From IMG/VR virus record IMGVR_UViG_3300009702_000006, positions 1 to 41,232 of that record: 41,232 nt of DNA, one strand, 5' to 3'. A program made the position numbers and the translations under genes. The notes under the pieces were generated by a model that was not told where the DNA came from, made no database searches, and saw nothing but the letters and a program-made list of their open reading frames with translations. The stretch comes from a virus. Shown here in pieces: positions 34,400-41,232 of the stretch (positions are counted from its first letter, which is position 1; every line of letters starts with the position of its first letter).

Positions 34400-36434
34400 A
34401 AACTTTTTAGGTTTTAGTTCTAATAAAGAGGCTGTCTTTGAACAACCAGCTTTGGGATCAGATTGTCACAATGTTTTAATTGATAATGGTGATTTAGTTA
34501 ATCTACCTTTTGAATTATTAAAAGTTAAATCAGATACTATTTTTACACATGGCATAATTTTTAAAACATTCAGAGATGAATTTTATGTATTATTAAATGA
34601 TACAAATACAGGTGGGTTATTGAAGTCTGATTTTCCTGGAGAAGATTCTACTAATCTAGAAGTTTTTTGGTTTTTGAGGAATGTTCCAGATTTTTTGGGA
34701 GTATCTATAGATGCTAAAAATGTTAATTTTATTCAAGCAGCGGATTGGATAATTATATTAGGTAAACGATCAGATAATCAATTGGATGTTCCAATGCTTA
34801 GATATCGAGTTGATTATTCTTTTAATCCACTAGGTAAAATTGTTGGTCGTCGTAGTGATTTAAAGTTTAATGGTGTATTTAAACCTATTACGGCTGAAAC
34901 TATAACAACCGGTGATACAATTTTAAACTCTAATAAATGGGATTTTGCATTTTCATTTATGTCATTTGATGCTGATGAGGCTAGAGACAGAGTTAATTTA
35001 GATACTAATGAAGTTATTTTTACTAAAAATCTTTTGAAAAGTAGTGATTTTGAATCCTCTGCAACACTAGTAGGGGTTGATAAAACACTCCTTTCAGATA
35101 CTAAATGGCGATTAACAGTAAATAGAAAAATTTTAACTTCAGCAACTACTCCTGTAGTAAAGATGTATGCAAAAGCAGATGATCAAGAATTCTATTATTT
35201 TATAACTTTTTTAACTGATTTAACTCTAGTAAGTAATTTATCCACAAACGATATTTTAGTCTTTGATGTTACCTTTAATAATTTGGGTACTATTTTTCCA
35301 TTAACACAAATAAAAAGTTTTCAGGACTTATCAGATACTGCTCCTTTAAGTGATGTAGTACCTATTCTGGGAGCTCATGATGTGCCACAGCAAGGGTTCC
35401 ATGCAGAGATTTTTAAAAACAAAATGTATTATTCTAAAAGTAGTATTCCTTTTAATACTCTACAGATTAGTGCTCGGACACCTGCTGATGAATTAGATAC
35501 TGGAAAATTTACAGCCTATATCGAACGTTTTGAATTTATTGGCAAACAAGAAGAAGTAATTTCTGGGTTGATTAAATTTCAAGGTCAGTTAATAATTTTT
35601 AAAGAAACAGAAACCTATGTATTAACGGATGATCTAGATGCAAATGGACGTATTAGATTGTTATTTGAAGATAAAGGATCAGTTAATGCAGAAGGTGGTA
35701 AAGGTTATTTAGTTATTGAAGGTAGATTAATTTGGGTTGCTTTAAATGGGATATATAGTTTTAATGGTGCTGAATTACAGGAAATATCAAAGCCAGTTAG
35801 AGAATTTTTATTAACGGTTCCATTCGAAAATTATTCTAAAGTTAGAGCTATACCTGATATAAGATATAGAGTTATATATTTTTGTTTCGGTGATGATGTT
35901 GATACTTTAATTTATCATTATGGCACTGGACTATGGACTAAACGTGACCCTTTACGATCAATGATTATTGATTCACGATCTAAATATTCTACCGAAATTA
36001 TTAAGAAACCTAATAAACAGGATATTTATACTATAAATAACAAAGGTATAGATCTATTAGGTGACATTAATACACCTGCAAAAGATGTCGATAATACGAG
36101 AACATGGAGTTGGACTTCTGGTGTGTTTGATGGTGGAGATTTAGAAAAGTTAAAGCATTGGGTTTTTAGTAAGATAATGTCTGTAAATTTTCCAACTAGT
36201 AATTATCAAATTATTATTACTGCTATCACCGAAAAAGGAGAATTTGTAATAGAAAATTTTGATGCTCTTAAACCTTTAGGTATACATAGTAATGAATTAC
36301 GCCTAAGGATAGAAGCGAAAGAACAGTTGTCATTTTCGGGACAGCCTATTCCGGGAGCTAGAAATAAATTTACAAATACACCATTTAGAATATCGGGTCT
36401 ACAAGTTCAAGGACACATTAAAGGAAAACGATAA
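34371..36434 (+). CDS. Nozzle / tail tubular protein B-like (by synteny with T7 gp12)
   Basis: 687 aa. An alternative start exists at 34380. Confidence 0.4.
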   Translation: MFIMPTITLKNFLGFSSNKEAVFEQPALGSDCHNVLIDNGDLVNLPFELLKVKSDTIFTHGIIFKTFRDEFYVLLNDTNTGGLLKSDFPGEDSTNLEVFWFLRNVPDFLGVSIDAKNVNFIQAADWIIILGKRSDNQLDVPMLRYRVDYSFNPLGKIVGRRSDLKFNGVFKPITAETITTGDTILNSNKWDFAFSFMSFDADEARDRVNLDTNEVIFTKNLLKSSDFESSATLVGVDKTLLSDTKWRLTVNRKILTSATTPVVKMYAKADDQEFYYFITFLTDLTLVSNLSTNDILVFDVTFNNLGTIFPLTQIKSFQDLSDTAPLSDVVPILGAHDVPQQGFHAEIFKNKMYYSKSSIPFNTLQISARTPADELDTGKFTAYIERFEFIGKQEEVISGLIKFQGQLIIFKETETYVLTDDLDANGRIRLLFEDKGSVNAEGGKGYLVIEGRLIWVALNGIYSFNGAELQEISKPVREFLLTVPFENYSKVRAIPDIRYRVIYFCFGDDVDTLIYHYGTGLWTKRDPLRSMIIDSRSKYSTEIIKKPNKQDIYTINNKGIDLLGDINTPAKDVDNTRTWSWTSGVFDGGDLEKLKHWVFSKIMSVNFPTSNYQIIITAITEKGEFVIENFDALKPLGIHSNELRLRIEAKEQLSFSGQPIPGARNKFTNTPFRISGLQVQGHIKGKR

Positions 36435-36823
36435 TGGGATTAACTATTGAAGGATCAGGTATAACTGTTGTTCGTGACACAAATGGTAGTGAACCTGCAC
36501 AGTTATCAGAACCAGTAACACTTAGTGCTGGTACTATTACTAACCATGTACAAGGTGAAATTGATTTGGCTGCCGGAGCTGCAATTACTACTTTGCCTCA
36601 GGGTGGCATTACAACAATTACATATATACAAGTAGAATGTACAGATAAAACAACAGGTAATGCACGATCTGTAACATTAACATTAAACACTACAGCATTA
36701 CCTGGATCATATACTGAATTTGTAGCTTCTGCTTCTGAAAATGGGGGAGTAACCGCTGTTAAAATAACTCCACAAGCGACAGGTAATAATACAATTATTA
36801 AATATGTTTTAGGAGGTATCTAA
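36434..36823 (+). CDS. Small structural protein, tandem paralog 1
   Basis: 129 aa. It shares ...GGIT.I.......D..GNA.SVT.T.N... and a C-terminal T.I..YV.GG with the next gene. Confidence 0.55.
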   Translation: MGLTIEGSGITVVRDTNGSEPAQLSEPVTLSAGTITNHVQGEIDLAAGAAITTLPQGGITTITYIQVECTDKTTGNARSVTLTLNTTALPGSYTEFVASASENGGVTAVKITPQATGNNTIIKYVLGGI

Positions 36824-37224
36824 TGGCAGTAACTGGAAAAGGTATTGTTGATTTAATTATCAACAATGGTAATGTCGATAAAATAAGAAAGGTTAAAACT
36901 TTTGCTTCTGGCAATATGAATGATTATACTTCTGGCCGTATAGTTATTGCATCAGGAGCTAGTGCAACAATTGGATTAGGGGGTATTACACTTATACAAT
37001 TTTTCTATATTGTAAGTGTTGATTCTTCTGGTAATGCAAAGTCAGTTACAATTACTCATAATGATTCAATTAATACTCCACCAACTGGTGATCGTGATTT
37101 ATATGGTGGAGTAACTGAATTATTATGGACTGCATCTGAAAATGCAGCACTAGGTTATATTAAATTAACAGCACAAGCTGATGGGACTGATACTATTATA
37201 GATTATGTTATAGGTGGGACATAA
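36823..37224 (+). CDS. Small structural protein, tandem paralog 2
   Basis: 133 aa, AGGAGG SD, ATGA-type overlap with both neighbours. Confidence 0.55.
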   Translation: MAVTGKGIVDLIINNGNVDKIRKVKTFASGNMNDYTSGRIVIASGASATIGLGGITLIQFFYIVSVDSSGNAKSVTITHNDSINTPPTGDRDLYGGVTELLWTASENAALGYIKLTAQADGTDTIIDYVIGGT

Positions 37225-37691
37225 TGAAATCAATTCCACTTCCAGGTAGAATTAGTAATTTAGATAGACAGAATCTAGAAGTATCAGAAGCTAGTGTTGA
37301 ACAATTTGTTTATTTTAAGTTTAACCCTGATCAGTATAAAAAAAGTAAATTAATTGTTACTATACCAGCTAATCATATTATTCATGATTGGTTTATTGTG
37401 GTAACTGAAGCTTTTAATGGAAGTGGAACACAATTACTTATTGGTAGTACACAAGATTCTCAATTACTTATGAATAATGCAATTACTATAGCAGGAACTC
37501 ATGCGTGGGCAACAGGTTTTACAAGTAGCGGAATATCTGTTATAGGTAAAACAATTACCAAACCTTTATCATTATATGCGAGTATTCGTATTGAACCTAG
37601 TACAGGACGACCACCTGATATAGGCTTAGGTTATGGGGTAATTAAATATTTAAATTTAGAACTAGTACCTGGTTTTGGGAGACTATTATAA
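37224..37691 (+). CDS. Structural-module hypothetical protein
   Basis: 155-aa ORF. Confidence 0.55.
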   Translation: MKSIPLPGRISNLDRQNLEVSEASVEQFVYFKFNPDQYKKSKLIVTIPANHIIHDWFIVVTEAFNGSGTQLLIGSTQDSQLLMNNAITIAGTHAWATGFTSSGISVIGKTITKPLSLYASIRIEPSTGRPPDIGLGYGVIKYLNLELVPGFGRLL

Positions 37692-38677
37692 TGGCAGATA
37701 CAGTACCTTTTGATACTCCATTTCCTGACATAATCGACAAATTTGGAGGGGGAGTATTTAATTTAGTTAGACCATTGTTAGGTTTAAATCAATTAGAATT
37801 TCAATCAGGAGCACCCGATTTATTCGGATCACAATCACAAAATAATTCTAATGATGGAAAAACAGGAAGTCCAATTGATGAAACAGGCCGTGGTGGTGAT
37901 CCCACTTTAGGTCTAAGTGAAACTGATTTTCAAAATTTTACTAATCTTATTAATTCTTTTAACACTGAACGGGATCGTAATACCGGAATAGTTAATGATG
38001 CTATTGGCCGGTTAGATAATTTGTCCGGTAACATAGGTAATATTTTTGATACTCAAATTAATGATGTACGAAGTGCTTTACCTCTTAATCCTTTCAGCAA
38101 TGATATACGAAATACATTATTAAATAATGCTAATGATACAATTACACAATTAAGTTCTGAAACTGCACGGCGTAGAAATACAGCATTAGCTGATAGAGGA
38201 TTGAGTAGTGGTGGGACAACTGGACGTGCTATTGGAGCTGACTTATTCAGTAGAGAAGCAGGAGCAAGAAGTGATGTTAGAGCACAAACATTAGAATCAC
38301 AACTAGCGTTCAATGAGGCTTCTAATAGAGCTCGTGAAACATTAATTAATCAATTAACAGGGGCAAAAGCTAGTAGTATTAATCGAACAGGTGATTTAGC
38401 ATCTACACTTAGGGCGAGTGATAGAACTGATCCTTCAACTATTCCTGGTCTGTTGGAAAGTTTTATTACTAGAGAACAAGATGCTGCTCAAAGAAATGAT
38501 ATTCTTGGTGTGATTAAAGAATTAGGTCAAAGTAGTTTCCAACGTGATTTAGTAAATCAATTATTTGGTATTATTACGTCACGTTTTGCTGGTCCCTTTG
38601 GTCAAGCACTCGGTAATCTTGGTGCAACGGCTATTAATGGTCCAGCAGATTTTACAAGTTTTGGAGGTTTTAGCTAA
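37691..38677 (+). CDS. Internal virion protein candidate (gp13-like position)
   Basis: 328 aa, Asn/Ser/Gly-rich. Confidence 0.4.
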   Translation: MADTVPFDTPFPDIIDKFGGGVFNLVRPLLGLNQLEFQSGAPDLFGSQSQNNSNDGKTGSPIDETGRGGDPTLGLSETDFQNFTNLINSFNTERDRNTGIVNDAIGRLDNLSGNIGNIFDTQINDVRSALPLNPFSNDIRNTLLNNANDTITQLSSETARRRNTALADRGLSSGGTTGRAIGADLFSREAGARSDVRAQTLESQLAFNEASNRARETLINQLTGAKASSINRTGDLASTLRASDRTDPSTIPGLLESFITREQDAAQRNDILGVIKELGQSSFQRDLVNQLFGIITSRFAGPFGQALGNLGATAINGPADFTSFGGFS

Positions 38678-39075
38678 TGGCATTAGGCGATAAAATTGCA
38701 CAACAAGGTAATCAATTACGTCTTTTATTATTGAATATCTTAGATAATAATCGTATACAAACTGATCGTATGAGGGAATTATTATTTCAACAAGCGATTC
38801 AAAAAATTCTACAAGATAAAGAACGTAAACGAATGGAAGCTAAACAAAAAACAGCTAGACAGCAAGCATTAGTTACACAAGCTGGTTTAGCTTTAGCTCC
38901 TGGAGCTATTGGAGGCTTAGGTAGTTTATTAGGTGGATTGGGCGGGGGAGCTTCTAATGCAGTTGCTTTAGGCACTGCTGGCAGTGGAGCAGGTGATTTT
39001 CTACCTATAGGTAGTACATTTAATTCTTTACCTTTTAATGATCCAGCTGCTCTTGGTACTAGTATATTTGCATAG
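38677..39075 (+). CDS. Gly-rich hydrophobic internal virion protein candidate (gp14-like position)
   Basis: 132 aa with a GLALAPGAIGGLGSLLGGLGGGASNAVALGTAGSGAG segment. Confidence 0.4.
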   Translation: MALGDKIAQQGNQLRLLLLNILDNNRIQTDRMRELLFQQAIQKILQDKERKRMEAKQKTARQQALVTQAGLALAPGAIGGLGSLLGGLGGGASNAVALGTAGSGAGDFLPIGSTFNSLPFNDPAALGTSIFA

Positions 39076-39084
39076 GAGATTAGT

Positions 39085-40482
39085 ATGACAGTATTAGATT
39101 CTAAAATTGCTGATGTTCTATCCCAGATAGATAATACAGCATCTAATTTAGACATACCTAAACCTGGATTTTTAGACAAAGCATTCCCACTTGTAGCTCA
39201 AGCATTAATAAATAATAGCAATGCTAAGTTACAAGCCAGTGGCCTACCTGCACAAAAATTTGATTTATCACAATTACAGAGTGCGGCTGGCAGTAGAAGC
39301 AGTGTTAATAATGCAATTAATACTGAATTGGCAATACGACAATTGCGTTTGAAAGCTAATCAAGCAAAGTTAGCTGGGTTATTAAATATAATTCGTACAC
39401 AACAATCTGGTAAAGAAAGTAATGCTCGGATTGGACAATCTAATACTGCTAGTGCTGCAAATATAGCGAGAACCCAATCCATACTTAATGCAGATGAACG
39501 AGCTAATGCTCTTTTTCCAAATCAGCAACGAAAACTAAAAACTGAAATTCAAGCTGAACATGATAAAAATGCACGAGCTAATGCTCTTTTTCCAAATCAG
39601 CAACGAAAACTAAAAACTGAAATTCAAGCTGAACATGATAAAAATGCACGAGCTAATATTCTTTTCTCAGATCAACAACGAACTGCAGCAGCTAAAAGAA
39701 AGAGTGCTGAAGCCCAAGCTGAACGTGATGCAGCTGTAAATAAAATAGCACAGTCACTATTCGAGGCTGGAAATATTGAACCAGCTATTAATCTTCTTGC
39801 TGGTCGTAATGTTAAACAAAATAAAAAAGAAACAACAGATGATGTTTTATTCCGCGATAATGCACGGGCACGAGCACTTGGTGAAGCATTTGATAAGGGA
39901 CAAGTAAAACCTGGAACACCAGAATTTGAAGAATTGACTGCTTTAAGAGCAGAAGCTCAAAATGGACATCCCCTTACCAAAGATATTAATTTAAAAACTA
40001 TATCTTTTATCAGTTCTTTAAAACGAGCAAACGCTAATCCTGATGGAACTTTATCGACAAAACAACTAATTCAATTGAAAGATTTTGTTCGTAGAAATTA
40101 TGGTCCAATATTTGAGGCGATAAAAGATAGAACAGTATCCGATAATAGCGGTAAAAAAGTGTCAGGTAAAACTTTAATAGAGAATGAAAGTTTAGTATTT
40201 CTTGCACAAAAATTAGGAACAGATGTAAACTCATTGGAAAATGATTTACTTGTATCTACGGCAGTTCAGAAAAAACGAAATAATGATGTACAAAAAGCTC
40301 TTGCATCTGGTAATTTTAGACAAGCTAGTATACTTGCTTCAAAGACTGTAGAAGAACTTATCCAGGATAAACTGTTAAAAGAACGAAAAAAACGAACCGA
40401 GAATCGAGCTCGTAAACAACGAAGAAATGAACGTAAACAAACTCAAAGTGTCTTTGGATCATTTGGAAGGGCTAGACCATAA
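39085..40482 (+). CDS. Coiled-coil internal virion protein candidate (gp15-like position) containing a perfect 25-aa duplication
   Basis: 465 aa. ANALFPNQQRKLKTEIQAEHDKNAR occurs twice in tandem. Confidence 0.45.
   Translation: MTVLDSKIADVLSQIDNTASNLDIPKPGFLDKAFPLVAQALINNSNAKLQASGLPAQKFDLSQLQSAAGSRSSVNNAINTELAIRQLRLKANQAKLAGLLNIIRTQQSGKESNARIGQSNTASAANIARTQSILNADERANALFPNQQRKLKTEIQAEHDKNARANALFPNQQRKLKTEIQAEHDKNARANILFSDQQRTAAAKRKSAEAQAERDAAVNKIAQSLFEAGNIEPAINLLAGRNVKQNKKETTDDVLFRDNARARALGEAFDKGQVKPGTPEFEELTALRAEAQNGHPLTKDINLKTISFISSLKRANANPDGTLSTKQLIQLKDFVRRNYGPIFEAIKDRTVSDNSGKKVSGKTLIENESLVFLAQKLGTDVNSLENDLLVSTAVQKKRNNDVQKALASGNFRQASILASKTVEELIQDKLLKERKKRTENRARKQRRNERKQTQSVFGSFGRARP
39502..39651. 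repeat. Perfect 75-bp tandem duplication (2 copies) plus a degenerate third start
   Basis: 39502-39576 is identical to 39577-39651. In frame. Confidence 0.9.
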
Positions 40483-41232
40483 TGGGACTACAAGAATCAT
40501 TTAGTTCCGGCGGGGCAACAACATCCTTAAAAAATGTTAAACCTATTAAAGAGAACACTACTTTTGGTACACTAACTGATTTAGGTTTTGAATTATTGGA
40601 TGCATCTGCTAACTTCACTAGATCTCTAGCTGCTGGTGATCCAATTAATGCTCTTAAAGTATTAACTCCTGGCATAGAATCCAGAAATGTTGATATTACA
40701 GAAACCCCTCTCGCTAGTGAAGGGTCTCCTGTAATACAACAAATAGGAGCAACAGTTTTACTTGATCCATTAACTTTTGCAACTGGACTTTTACCATTAA
40801 CTAAATATGGTAAGGCTGTGGAAGAAGTTGCAACTGCCAGTCGATTATTGAAAGTAACAAAAGGATTAGAAGAGGGTGTTGATGTTGCTGAAAAAATAGC
40901 GGCAGCGACAAAAAGATTAGATGAAGCTGAAGCAGCTTTAAAGGCTGTTAGTAATGGGAAAAATGTAAAGCGAGCGTTAATTTCTCTTGGTAGTCCTATA
41001 GGTAAAACTGGTAGTGGTTTACAACTAGGTAATGCAGATCGTGTTGCACAAACATTATCAGCATTAAAACTATTTCCTGATGTACGTATTCCTTCTGTTG
41101 TTGAACAACGTATAAAATTAGCAAGTAAGCGTTCAAAATTAATTAATAAAGGTGAAGCTAATGCCAAAGATATTTCAACTTATTATCATGGCTCACCCTT
41201 CCCGTTTGAACGCTTTGATATAACAAAATCTA
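40482..41232 (+). CDS. N-terminal part of the wrap-around 1228-aa giant virion protein (continues at base 124 of the window, ends at 3059)
   Basis: The ATG overlaps the upstream stop (TAATG). I translated it by hand to the window end without a stop (MGLQESFSSGGATTSLKNVK...). It is in phase with frame 3..3059 through the 123-bp overlap. Confidence 0.85.
   Translation, partial: MGLQESFSSGGATTSLKNVKPIKENTTFGTLTDLGFELLDASANFTRSLAAGDPINALKVLTPGIESRNVDITETPLASEGSPVIQQIGATVLLDPLTFATGLLPLTKYGKAVEEVATASRLLKVTKGLEEGVDVAEKIAAATKRLDEAEAALKAVSNGKNVKRALISLGSPIGKTGSGLQLGNADRVAQTLSALKLFPDVRIPSVVEQRIKLASKRSKLINKGEANAKDISTYYHGSPFPFERFDITKS
41110..41232. repeat. Terminal overlap copy 2, identical to 1-123
   Basis: Base-by-base identity with the window start. 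Confidence 0.95.

Noticed and set aside
40472-41167. 231-aa minus-strand ORF at the right end of the window
   Set aside because: It lies antisense to an uninterrupted plus-strand frame that is in phase with the giant gene across the circular junction. Its composition is low-complexity Ala/Ser/Leu-rich and it has no SD.
1-41232. A search for a diversity-generating retroelement, retron, CRISPR array, integrase/attP or transposase
   Set aside because: I found no reverse-transcriptase-like, recombinase-like or transposase-like ORF. I found no repeat-spacer array and no template/variable repeat pair by eye.

Overview
This window is a complete, circularly closed genome of a tailed dsDNA phage. Bases 1-123 are identical to 41110-41232, so the unique length is about 41,109 bp. 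The backbone is AT-rich, uses strong Shine-Dalgarno sites and reads cleanly in the standard code.

There are two arms. (1) The minus-strand early/replication arm (3274-20640) carries an AEP primase-SF3 helicase, Cas4-like and VRR-NUC nucleases, a MazG-like protein, a family A DNA polymerase, an SNF2 helicase, one tRNA, a DNA methyltransferase and a ParB-like protein. It ends in an accessory block of pentapeptide-repeat and unrecognisable small genes. (2) The plus-strand packaging/structural arm runs from 21365 through the contig end to 3277. It carries TerS-like and TerL genes, a glycosyltransferase/lipoprotein/membrane-protein insert, portal, scaffold and capsid. It then follows a T7-like adaptor/nozzle/internal-protein order and ends in a 1228-aa gene that wraps around the contig junction.

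The arms diverge at a 700-bp repeat-laden non-coding control region (20641-21364) and converge with overlapping stop codons at 3274-3277. I see no integrase, repressor, RNA polymerase, prohead protease, reverse transcriptase, CRISPR array or recognisable endolysin.

The most unusual part is the early-arm accessory island (about 17.9-21.4 kb). It contains:
- two tandem pentapeptide-repeat (DNA-mimic-type) genes;
- a pair of diverged 76-aa paralogs with very different GC;
- a perfect 24-bp inverted repeat bracketing one gene;
- an ORF-poor, hairpin-dense, GC-rich stretch that ends in tandem plus-strand terminators, a candidate antisense ncRNA;
- a phased array of TAAAGT-N3-ACTTTA palindromes.

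All functional calls rest on motifs I recognise by eye and on synteny. No database search was possible.
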